Assembly: GCA_944392585.1 (NCBI GenBank)
Contig: CALXXA010000025.1
Location: forward strand, 25,701-89,700
Length of the DNA: 64,000 bases
DNA from: an uncultured Alphaproteobacteria bacterium
Lineage (GTDB): Bacteria; Pseudomonadota; Alphaproteobacteria; CAAHEQ01; UBA3637
Direction: 5' to 3'
A model generated the notes under the pieces. That model made no database searches, was not told where the DNA came from, and was given only the letters and a program-made list of their open reading frames with translations. The position numbers were made by a program, and so were the translations under genes. Shown in pieces: positions 1-7,846 of the stretch; within the stretch, counting starts at the first letter, position 1, and each line of letters begins with the position of its first letter.

Positions 1-789
1 TTTGGGACGATAATTCGGATTAACACCATAATAAGTATTAATAGCTATATATTTTGGATCCCAAACTTCCACATCGTACAGATATTTCTGATCTTCCCAC
101 AAAGAGAACGAAAAACTATCTCTCGATATTCTAGAACCCCATTTATCCTGATTTTCATATAAATCTTTTAAAATAGAATACCCTATAGACCAATCAATTA
201 AATTAGAAGTTCCTGTATTATTATAATTTTCTAAATTTTCAGCCACCTCTTCTTGAATTTTCTCCTCTAAAGAATCAACTCCCGTTAAGGCATTTTCATC
301 GAAAAAATTTTGTTTTGACAATTCATCCATCTCAACAACATCACTTAAAGCATATTCTTGGCTCATTCTCTCTGCCTCTGATTTCATTTTGTCCCACACA
401 TTTTGAGGATCAGAAAAATTATTCGACAATAAAGTTACATTACACTTTTCTAAGTCGGCCATACGACGTTTCACCAAAGCCAGGTCAATTAAAGTATCTC
501 TATAATCATTGCTGTCAACCATAGACTGAATTGTGTTTGCCATGTTATGAAATTTCATAGCTGCTAATAACTCTTTTCTATAACTTGTTGATGGGAAATT
601 TAACAAGAGTGGTTCCGGGGCCGATGGTTCTATACTAACGGCTCTTGGATTCCATACTTTTCCTTGGGTATCCTCTTCCTGCGTTTGTTTTACCTCCTGT
701 TGCTCCTGAGCCACCACTGGAAAAACAATTATTTCAATCCCCAAACAAAAAAGACTTATAAAAAAAATCTGCTTTAAATAAACTTTCAT
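1..789 (-). CDS. Partial secreted hypothetical protein (3' end runs off window). Starts at ATG 789..787 and is open to position 1 (263 codons checked by hand translation). N-terminal signal peptide MKVYLKQIFFISLFCLGIEIIVFPVVAQEQ.
   Basis: Manual reverse-strand translation shows an uninterrupted frame from 789 to 1 with a hydrophobic N-terminus. It is missing from the ORF track only because no stop lies inside the window. It sits 19 bp downstream of the 809..1672 gene on the same strand. Confidence 0.5.
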   Translation of the reverse strand, partial: MKVYLKQIFFISLFCLGIEIIVFPVVAQEQQEVKQTQEEDTQGKVWNPRAVSIEPSAPEPLLLNFPSTSYRKELLAAMKFHNMANTIQSMVDSNDYRDTLIDLALVKRRMADLEKCNVTLLSNNFSDPQNVWDKMKSEAERMSQEYALSDVVEMDELSKQNFFDENALTGVDSLEEKIQEEVAENLENYNNTGTSNLIDWSIGYSILKDLYENQDKWGSRISRDSFSFSLWEDQKYLYDVEVWDPKYIAINTYYGVNPNYRPK

Positions 790-808
790 TTTCTTTTTTC
801 CACTTTAA

Positions 809-1672
809 TTAAGATTCTCCGACTATTAATCCACGCACCGGATTTGCTTCCAACACCCCTAGAGCGCCTTTAAGCTGCAATCTTTCGGCCTTAATTTGTT
901 CTAACAAGGTCAATAACTTATACCATGTTGACATATAACGATAATTAGCATTTACGGCACCATATTTATCTTCTTGCGCGGAAGAAACGGATAACTCATC
1001 CACTGTTTTTTGTAAATCCTCTAACAAGTAGTCAAAATAAAGAGCATTCGCCATTGCTGAAATAGCATTTTCCTGAGCAAATAAATTTCTTTTTTCCTGC
1101 TCTTTTTGTAGCCCGACGGAAGATGTTTCCGTTGTTTGCATAATTTCCTTTTCAACCGCTTCAGCGACTTCCTTCGGGTTTGTTACATCTACAGATTTTC
1201 CAATTGACAAATCTGAATTAGAAGTTTTGTTTGTTTCATTCGATTGTGATGTATTTGAATCGGTTTTATTTTGATCCGAAGAAGTGTCATCTTTTTTATT
1301 TTGATTAGATTGTGTCGTATTATTTTCTTTTTTTGTATTTTTATTCTCTAAGACGGATATTCCTGTATCTTTTGCACTTTTTATTGGTTTAATAACCGGA
1401 GGGTTTGTTACTTCAATAGCTCTTTTTGTCAGAACTGGACCATCTTTTGACATTGTTTGTTGCAGAGACTGTCTATTTCCATAATCCAATACAGCGACCA
1501 ACGCCGCAATAATTTGCTGAGCGACCATCCCCCCCAAAATAGGAGTTGTCACAATATCTGTCACGGGAAGAGGTGTAATCATCGCATCTAAAACAGGAAA
1601 AGAAACAGCCCTTACCTTAGGAGGATAAAAGAATATTGCCGCTAAACAAATTAAAAAAAATAATTTTTTCAT
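809..1672 (-). CDS. Secreted hypothetical protein, 287 aa. Signal peptide, then a central N/S/T/Q/K-rich low-complexity region and C-terminal helices.
   Basis: Signal-peptide-like N-terminus MKKLFFLICLAAIFFYPPKVRA. The low-complexity segment NKNTKKENNTTQSNQNKKDDTSSDQNKTDSNTSQSNETNKTSNSD follows. Start is 1 bp after the stop of the upstream gene. Confidence 0.6.
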   Translation of the reverse strand: MKKLFFLICLAAIFFYPPKVRAVSFPVLDAMITPLPVTDIVTTPILGGMVAQQIIAALVAVLDYGNRQSLQQTMSKDGPVLTKRAIEVTNPPVIKPIKSAKDTGISVLENKNTKKENNTTQSNQNKKDDTSSDQNKTDSNTSQSNETNKTSNSDLSIGKSVDVTNPKEVAEAVEKEIMQTTETSSVGLQKEQEKRNLFAQENAISAMANALYFDYLLEDLQKTVDELSVSSAQEDKYGAVNANYRYMSTWYKLLTLLEQIKAERLQLKGALGVLEANPVRGLIVGES

Positions 1673-1673
1673 A

Positions 1674-2789
1674 TTATTCCTCTAATGAAATACTTTGAGA
1701 TCTTAAATTCATAGCAGCTTCTAACTTTAATAATTTTTGCTCTAACGCTACTTGAAGCATTGTTTCTTGAAGAATATTTTTAAGAGCCATTGTGTTTGTT
1801 GCAATCGCTTCCGTTTCTGTATTAACTTTGCTTTGCTCGTCTTTAATTACTTGAAGCCGTTCCTCGAAGTCTTTTTCTCCATTTTGAATATATGTTTGAG
1901 AATAAGTCATGGCATCAAGAACAACATCTTCTAATAATTTTTTACGTTTTTCTTGAACTTCCGACATTTTTTCTTCTTCGCTCTTCTGATCTGTTTTAGA
2001 GTAGAAGAAATTTTGTTTTATATAATTTACAGCACTTTGTTTACTTGTCTGTTTTTTGTCCAAACGATTGCTTTTAGAAACTTTGTTTTTTTGTTCTTGT
2101 TCCTCTTTTGCGTCTTCTTCTTGCTGCTGCTCTGTTTGAGTTGCCGACTGTTGAGCATTTTCTTGTGTTTGTTCTGTTACAGAAGTCTCTGACTGATTTG
2201 AAGCACTTTCACTTTGTTTTATTGAATCTACCGACTGTTGAACAACTTCTTGTGTTTTTTCTTTTGCCGAGGCAACCGTCTGATTTAAAGTATTTTCACT
2301 TTGCTTTATTGAATCTGTCGACTGTTGAACGATTTCTTGTGTTTTTTTCTCCGCATCCATAACTGTTTGAGCCACAGAATTTTCATTTAAACTACTCATC
2401 TCCCCAGAAACTTGACTGATACCGCTAATATCTCCTGTATCACCGGTTACTAATCCTTTATAACTCTGCGGAACGGACATTTTATCCAAAGCTTCCTGTG
2501 TTGCGTTTTTACCTTCTTTAGCAGTGCTTTCCGCATTAACATAAATTTCTTGAATATTTTGATTATACGCTTGAATTTTTTCGAACTCATTCAAATTAAT
2601 CATCAAAGAAGAGGCCATTCTGCTGTTATCTTGAATAACCTCTCCGGCTCCAGAAATTCCTAAACCATTTCCGTAATTTGTTGCCGCATTGACAAACTGC
2701 TGAGCATTTTGTGTCCGTTGAGCAAAAGAAGGGTCTCCTCCAAAAATAATCATTAAAAACAAGCTTGTTTCTGCGAGCTTTTTTATCAT
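1674..2789 (-). CDS. Secreted hypothetical repeat protein, 371 aa. Signal peptide plus 2.5 tandem 29-aa repeats (KEKTQEVVQQSVDSIKQSE...) and a Q/E-rich tail.
   Basis: Hydrophobic N-terminus ending ..SFA. An 87-bp period repeat is visible at nucleotide level. The start overlaps the upstream gene's stop by 4 nt (ATGA). Confidence 0.6.
   Translation of the reverse strand: MIKKLAETSLFLMIIFGGDPSFAQRTQNAQQFVNAATNYGNGLGISGAGEVIQDNSRMASSLMINLNEFEKIQAYNQNIQEIYVNAESTAKEGKNATQEALDKMSVPQSYKGLVTGDTGDISGISQVSGEMSSLNENSVAQTVMDAEKKTQEIVQQSTDSIKQSENTLNQTVASAKEKTQEVVQQSVDSIKQSESASNQSETSVTEQTQENAQQSATQTEQQQEEDAKEEQEQKNKVSKSNRLDKKQTSKQSAVNYIKQNFFYSKTDQKSEEEKMSEVQEKRKKLLEDVVLDAMTYSQTYIQNGEKDFEERLQVIKDEQSKVNTETEAIATNTMALKNILQETMLQVALEQKLLKLEAAMNLRSQSISLEE
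2141..2345. repeat. Intragenic tandem repeat, about 87-bp period, about 2.5 copies (units begin near 2141, 2229 and 2315).
   Basis: Direct repeats ..ccgactgttga(g/a)c(a/g)..ttcttgtgttt..tgattt(g/a)aag..ttcactttg(t/c)tttattgaatc.. are seen in the sequence. They are mirrored in the antisense ORF 2108..2362 as PTVEHFLVF / PTVEQLLVFF / STVERFLVFF. Confidence 0.65.
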
Positions 2790-3565
2790 GTTTTGCTCCC
2801 TTGACGAACAGTTTCTTGTTCTGTTATTTTTTGTTGATTATCTGTGTCTTGTTCGGTTGTTTCCTGTTGATTTTCTTTTTGTTCATCATCTTGTTGAAGA
2901 GGAAATTGTTCTACAGAAATTTTTTCTCCGACAATATTTGATAATTTCAAAGCAGCATTTATCGTACTTATTTGAGCATCTAATCGGTTAATTGAATTAA
3001 GTTTTTGAGCGATAGCAGACACATACAACATAAAGCCCGAAGATTTTTCTTGGAAATTTTCTGTTCCTTGAGCAACCTTTTTATCTAATTCATCGATACC
3101 GTCATTTGAAGCAGCAGCTTTTACTTGGAGAGCTTTACTATAGGAATCCAGAGCTGATATATGAAGGATAGCATTTGAAGCATCTTTAGACTTTTCGAAA
3201 CTTTCTGGAGAAGAAGTATCAACAGTTATCAGCTTCTCTGTTTCTTTCGAAACGCTTTTTCTCCCTTCTATCCCTTTACTTGCGGAATTTTTTAATTCAG
3301 ATAAGACAATCGGTTTTGCTTTTTGAGGATCTACCGTTCTTCCTAAATTCCCTGTAATATTTTTGACATTGGAGGCTTCCCCTATTGTTTTCATCCTATT
3401 ATAATCCTGCTGGTAAGATAAAGACATTTGAAAATACTCCAATAATTGTTGAATAATTATCGCACCTCGCAAAGTTGTCATAATAGCGTCATTTGTTGCT
3501 TTACAAGGAGAAACGCCGATAAAAGTGAAAAACAGTCCGATAAAAAAAGTCCTTATATAAGACAT
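2786..3565 (-). CDS. Secreted hypothetical protein, 259 aa. Signal peptide, helical, acidic/Gln-rich C-terminal tail.
   Basis: N-terminus MSYIRTFFIGLFFTFIGVSPCKA. Tail QQDDEQKENQQETTEQDTDNQQK. Only 8 bp downstream of the 3574..4320 gene. Confidence 0.6.
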   Translation of the reverse strand: MSYIRTFFIGLFFTFIGVSPCKATNDAIMTTLRGAIIIQQLLEYFQMSLSYQQDYNRMKTIGEASNVKNITGNLGRTVDPQKAKPIVLSELKNSASKGIEGRKSVSKETEKLITVDTSSPESFEKSKDASNAILHISALDSYSKALQVKAAASNDGIDELDKKVAQGTENFQEKSSGFMLYVSAIAQKLNSINRLDAQISTINAALKLSNIVGEKISVEQFPLQQDDEQKENQQETTEQDTDNQQKITEQETVRQGSKT

Positions 3566-3573
3566 AAAATCTC

Positions 3574-4320
3574 CTACTGATCGACTTGTTTTAAAGAATC
3601 CGTAGCAATCATTTCCAACTCTGATGCTTTCATTAAATTATTAATATTAATTTGAGAAGCGATCAGGTTCATCCCTTCTGTTTGAGCAGCAATCCCTTCC
3701 GCCAACGTTTCGGCACTATCTGACATTTGACGAATAGCTGACAACTTTTCTTCTTCGAAGTTAACTGCTTCTTCTTGCATAGCTAAACCTAATGAATAGC
3801 CATCTATAACTGCGTTTCTATTAGCTTCTTGTTGAGCTGTTTGAATATTTTTCAATTCTTGTTCTGTTAATTTAGTTGCTTTTTCGGAATCCGTCGGTTT
3901 CATCAGTTTCTTTTTAAAGCTTTCTTTAATTTTAGTGGGATTGACCGTAATATTCGACAAAGCCACACCTGTCTGAACACCCCGTATATTGCTCCCTAAT
4001 CCCAAAGAAAGAAGTCGATCTCCGGTTGTGCTATAATTTTCTTTTTTTGACAAACTAATATACCAGTTAAAACTTCTTAAATAATTCCCCCATTTTCCTC
4101 GGACGTTCCGATAATCTCCTTGAAATGTATAAATAGATCGAGTAACGGATCCCATATCCATAAATTGCATCCTTTGAAGCATAGTATTTGTATTTTCAAA
4201 GACAGCCAACGGCTTTTGAGTAAAATCTGTCACAGGATATGCGTAAACAGAAGAAGTCCAAAACAAAAAACCGAAAAACCACACCCCGATAAATTTAAAT
4301 AAAAAAGCTTTAATAACCAT
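3574..4320 (-). CDS. Secreted hypothetical protein, 248 aa. Signal peptide followed by an AYPVTDF motif and long helices. First gene of the operon.
   Basis: Hydrophobic N-terminus MVIKAFLFKFIGVWFFGFLFWTSSVYA. About 70-bp AT-rich gap upstream towards folD. Confidence 0.6.
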   Translation of the reverse strand: MVIKAFLFKFIGVWFFGFLFWTSSVYAYPVTDFTQKPLAVFENTNTMLQRMQFMDMGSVTRSIYTFQGDYRNVRGKWGNYLRSFNWYISLSKKENYSTTGDRLLSLGLGSNIRGVQTGVALSNITVNPTKIKESFKKKLMKPTDSEKATKLTEQELKNIQTAQQEANRNAVIDGYSLGLAMQEEAVNFEEEKLSAIRQMSDSAETLAEGIAAQTEGMNLIASQININNLMKASELEMIATDSLKQVDQ

Positions 4321-4391
4321 AGGAATCTTCCTTCTGAAAATGATGCTGTTTTTAATAATAAGCCAGCATATTTTATTTGTAAAGAAAAGTT

Positions 4392-5267
4392 TTAGCTCTT
4401 ATAAGGCATTATATTTAATCCTTTTTTTATCTGATTTTGAGCAGCTTTAAATGTATTGAACAGCAGCATAGCAACAGTCATAGGACCGACGCCTCCTGGA
4501 ACAGGGGTCATATAAGAAGCTATATTTTGAACAGCTTTAAAATCAACGTCTCCTGTAATTTCTCCATTATCCAGGCGATTAATTCCGACATCGATAACGA
4601 CAGCTCCTTTTTTCACGGCATTGGCTCCGATTAAGTGAGGAACGCCGACAGCTGTTACCAAAATATCTGCTTGGCTACAAACCTTATCAAGGTGGACCGT
4701 TTTAGAATGCGCTTGCGTTACGGTACAATCTTCTTGTAACAATAGATACGCCAAAGGTCTTCCTACCAAAGCAGATCTTCCGACAACAACGGCTCTTCTT
4801 CCGACCAAAGGAACTGGAATCTGTTTAATTAAGTACAAACACCCCATAGGCGTACATGGAATTAACGTTGGTATTTTAGACATCATTCTTCCGACATTAA
4901 CCGGATGCAAACCATCGACATCTTTGTCAGGATGAATTCGCTCTATCAATGTTTGCGGGTTTAAATGTATAGGAACCGGCAATTGCAGTAATATACCATG
5001 AACATCTGTTCGTTTATTCAACTCATCAATCAGCTCTAGAATCATTCTCTCAGAAGACATTCCGGACAAATGATAAGTTTCGACGACTACTCCAACTTCC
5101 TGTGCTTTTTTTTGTTTATTTTTAACATATATTAAACTTGCCGGATCATCTCCGACCAGAATAACGGCCAATTTGGGGGAAATATGATTTTTTTGAATCT
5201 CTTCTGCCAAATTTTGGCAAAAATCCGCTGCTATTTTCTTCCCATCAATTATTTTTGCGATACCCAT
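4392..5267 (-). CDS. folD: Bifunctional methylenetetrahydrofolate dehydrogenase / methenyltetrahydrofolate cyclohydrolase FolD.
   Basis: 291 aa with typical FolD N-terminus (IIDGKKIA...LAVILVGDDPASLIYVKNK) and length. Confidence 0.9.
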   Translation of the reverse strand: MGIAKIIDGKKIAADFCQNLAEEIQKNHISPKLAVILVGDDPASLIYVKNKQKKAQEVGVVVETYHLSGMSSERMILELIDELNKRTDVHGILLQLPVPIHLNPQTLIERIHPDKDVDGLHPVNVGRMMSKIPTLIPCTPMGCLYLIKQIPVPLVGRRAVVVGRSALVGRPLAYLLLQEDCTVTQAHSKTVHLDKVCSQADILVTAVGVPHLIGANAVKKGAVVIDVGINRLDNGEITGDVDFKAVQNIASYMTPVPGGVGPMTVAMLLFNTFKAAQNQIKKGLNIMPYKS

Positions 5268-5563
5268 TGATTTAAAATATCCTCTATTTCATGTAAATTA
5301 ACACTTATATGGACAAGTTTACACCGTGAAACGTGTCCTGTCACGATAAAAATAGAAGATTTTTTAATTTTTAGATTATCCGCTAAAAAGTTAATCAAAG
5401 CCTCATTCGCTTTTCCATCCACGGCAGGAGCCGTTAATGCAATTTTTAAAAATTGATTATTCCAGATTCCGCGAACGGCGGAACTATGCGCGTTTGGTAA
5501 AACACGTACAGACATTTCCACCCCTTCTTTTCTTAAACTTATAAATGGATAAGAATTTGCCAT
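5249..5563 (-). CDS. yggU: DUF167 / YggU family protein (UPF0235).
   Basis: 104 aa with ...ALTAPAVDGKANEALINFLADNLKIKKSSIFIVTG... typical of DUF167. Paired with yggT. Confidence 0.7.
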   Translation of the reverse strand: MANSYPFISLRKEGVEMSVRVLPNAHSSAVRGIWNNQFLKIALTAPAVDGKANEALINFLADNLKIKKSSIFIVTGHVSRCKLVHISVNLHEIEDILNQWVSQK

Positions 5564-5853
5564 AACAAACTTTGAACAAAATAAAGTCCGCCCAATAAAA
5601 TAACCGGAGATATATCTAATCCTCCGATTGGTTTGACGTACCTACGGATATAACTCAAGACAGGCTCTGTTAAAACAAACAATGCATTCACCATCTGATA
5701 AACCCATAATTTATTCATGTTTAAGACATTCATTGCTACTAACCATCCTGCGATAACAGCGGCGAAAACAACATATGTATATAAATCTATAAAAGCCGTT
5801 AATATTCGAATAAGTAAAACAAAAAAAATCATCTTTCCCCTTCCTGTAAACAA
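5539..5853 (-). CDS. yggT: YggT family small integral membrane protein.
   Basis: 104 aa with two hydrophobic helices. Conserved yggT-yggU pairing. Confidence 0.65.
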   Translation of the reverse strand: MFTGRGKMIFFVLLIRILTAFIDLYTYVVFAAVIAGWLVAMNVLNMNKLWVYQMVNALFVLTEPVLSYIRRYVKPIGGLDISPVILLGGLYFVQSLLWQILIHL

Positions 5854-6644
5854 AGAGCCATTTTACAATATGCCTCGATTGGAACATCTTGCGCTCTTAA
5901 TGTTGTTTCGATTCCTGCCTCAGCACACAAGAGATTTGGATCCCCCAATTTTTTTAAACTAGATCGCAACATTTTCCGACGTTGCCCAAAGGCGGCAGCT
6001 GTTACTTTTTCCATCATTTCAAACTGAACCCTTGGATAAGGATTCATTTTCGGAGTTATCCGAACCAACGCGGAAGTAACCTTTGGCATCGGAGTAAAAA
6101 CATAAGGCGGTAAAGTCATTTCAATAGAGACATCACATAACCACCCAACCAAAACAGATAACCTTCCGTATGAGCTATCGCCTGGCAAGGCTACCAACCG
6201 ATCAGCGACCTCTTTTTGAAACATCAATGTTAATCTTGAGAATAAACATATCTCTTTTAGCCACTTAATTAACAATATTGTTGACACATTATATGGTAAA
6301 TTAGCGACAACACAAATATTTTCTCCGAGTATTTTTTCATTGAAAGCGACTGCATCATCATGAATAACAGTTAAATTAGGATAATCCTGTTTTAATTCTT
6401 GAAGAGCCTTTATACACCGATCGTCTTTTTCGATAGCAACTAATTGTATATTTGTTTGTTCTAACAACGCCTGAGTAAGACCTCCCGGCCCTGGACCGAC
6501 TTCTAAGATAACAGAAGGATGAAGATTGATAAGAGCTGTTCGAGCTATTTTACATAATAAATTTGAATCTAAGATAAAATTTTGTCCAAGAGATTTTTTA
6601 GCTTTTAAATCATATTTTTTTAAGATATCTTTTAAAACATACAT
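5829..6644 (-). CDS. rsmA: 16S rRNA (adenine1518/1519-N6)-dimethyltransferase RsmA/KsgA.
   Basis: 271 aa with LGQNFILD motif and SAM-binding EVGPGPGGLT. Confidence 0.9.
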   Translation of the reverse strand: MYVLKDILKKYDLKAKKSLGQNFILDSNLLCKIARTALINLHPSVILEVGPGPGGLTQALLEQTNIQLVAIEKDDRCIKALQELKQDYPNLTVIHDDAVAFNEKILGENICVVANLPYNVSTILLIKWLKEICLFSRLTLMFQKEVADRLVALPGDSSYGRLSVLVGWLCDVSIEMTLPPYVFTPMPKVTSALVRITPKMNPYPRVQFEMMEKVTAAAFGQRRKMLRSSLKKLGDPNLLCAEAGIETTLRAQDVPIEAYCKMALCLQEGER

Positions 6645-7846
6645 TATCTTTTCTCTATAAGAGCGTTTTGGCGTAAATTTTTTAACATTTCATTTGAAAT
6701 TTCTTCCATTTTCACCATCTCAAGACGTGTTTTAATAAGCTCTTTATCCGGCAAAACAGAAATTATCTTTGAATCGCACTTCATCAAAAATAAATAAAAA
6801 TCATTCCCATCGATTGGTCCGGTTATTTTTCCGACAGAAATATCTTTTAATGCTTGATATAACTGATCCGGCATTCTCGCCACGACCATATCCGGCATTA
6901 TTCCGGATCCTTTAAGTCCTTCTTTTTCTGCTAAGATATTAAAAGTCTTACAATCTGGATTTTTTTGAATTTCTGTCATTATAGGAACTAATTTGTCTTT
7001 TGATATTAAAAGCTGGCTAACTGTCCAAGCTTCAACATCTGTTGAAGTTAGTTCTTTTTGTTGTTCCCGCATTAAAATAAGATAATACCCTTTTTCTCCT
7101 TCGATAGGTTTAGATAATTGCCCTGCTCTCATATAAGGCAAAATATTATCTACGGCTTTTTCCATTTGTCCAGGACGTACCCATCCTAAGTCTCCTCCAG
7201 ACAAGGCTGTTTCTCCTTTAGAATTTTCCATTGCCAATTCCGGGAAAGAACTTCCTGCTACGACTTGATTGAACAATTCATTAACCTTTTCTTGACTCTT
7301 CCCTTTGTCTTTTCCAAAAGGAATATAAATTTCTGCGATTAAATAAGCTGGTTGGATAACTTCTTTTTCTAGTTTTTTCTGTTCTTTTGAAATTTCATCT
7401 TCTGTAACGACCGGAGGCTTCTCATTTTTTACTCGCAGAACTTTCAACCATCCTAAGTCGGCTTTTATTTGGCGTTCTAAGGTATTAAAATCGACCTGAT
7501 TTTCCTTAAACAACTTCCGTAAAGATCCTTCAGGCATTTGATTTTGTTCTTCTAAATAAGATATCCCATGAGCAATTTCAGCTTCTGCCAATTCAATATT
7601 CAGAGCAACAGCTTCCTGTATTTTGATTTGTTCGTCAATAAGCGTATTTAAAACTCTTTGACGCATTTCATTGCTTTGAGCAACCTCCGGAGGTATTTTC
7701 ATCAATACTTCCATCATTCTAATCCGGGCAGAGACATCATAATCAGAAATAACTTCATCATTCACTGTGGCAACTATTTCAAATGCCTGGCATGGGAAAA
7801 TAAAACAACTCATCAGAATGGTTATAAAAAATTTTTTTATTCTCAT
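6644..7846 (-). CDS. surA: SurA-like periplasmic chaperone / peptidyl-prolyl isomerase.
   Basis: 400 aa with signal peptide and SurA N-domain-like sequence. Conserved position between lptD and rsmA. Confidence 0.75.
   Translation of the reverse strand: MRIKKFFITILMSCFIFPCQAFEIVATVNDEVISDYDVSARIRMMEVLMKIPPEVAQSNEMRQRVLNTLIDEQIKIQEAVALNIELAEAEIAHGISYLEEQNQMPEGSLRKLFKENQVDFNTLERQIKADLGWLKVLRVKNEKPPVVTEDEISKEQKKLEKEVIQPAYLIAEIYIPFGKDKGKSQEKVNELFNQVVAGSSFPELAMENSKGETALSGGDLGWVRPGQMEKAVDNILPYMRAGQLSKPIEGEKGYYLILMREQQKELTSTDVEAWTVSQLLISKDKLVPIMTEIQKNPDCKTFNILAEKEGLKGSGIMPDMVVARMPDQLYQALKDISVGKITGPIDGNDFYLFLMKCDSKIISVLPDKELIKTRLEMVKMEEISNEMLKNLRQNALIEKR

Noticed and set aside
315-524. 69-aa ORF on the plus strand
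   Set aside because: It lies antisense inside the continuously open minus-strand secreted-protein gene 1..789. I saw no start context or distinctive features.
1752-2362. Three plus-strand ORFs (60, 79 and 84 aa) with internal repeats
   Set aside because: They are antisense shadows of the tandem repeat inside the minus-strand gene 1674..2789. Their composition is F/L-rich, as expected for antisense of a Q/E/K-rich gene.
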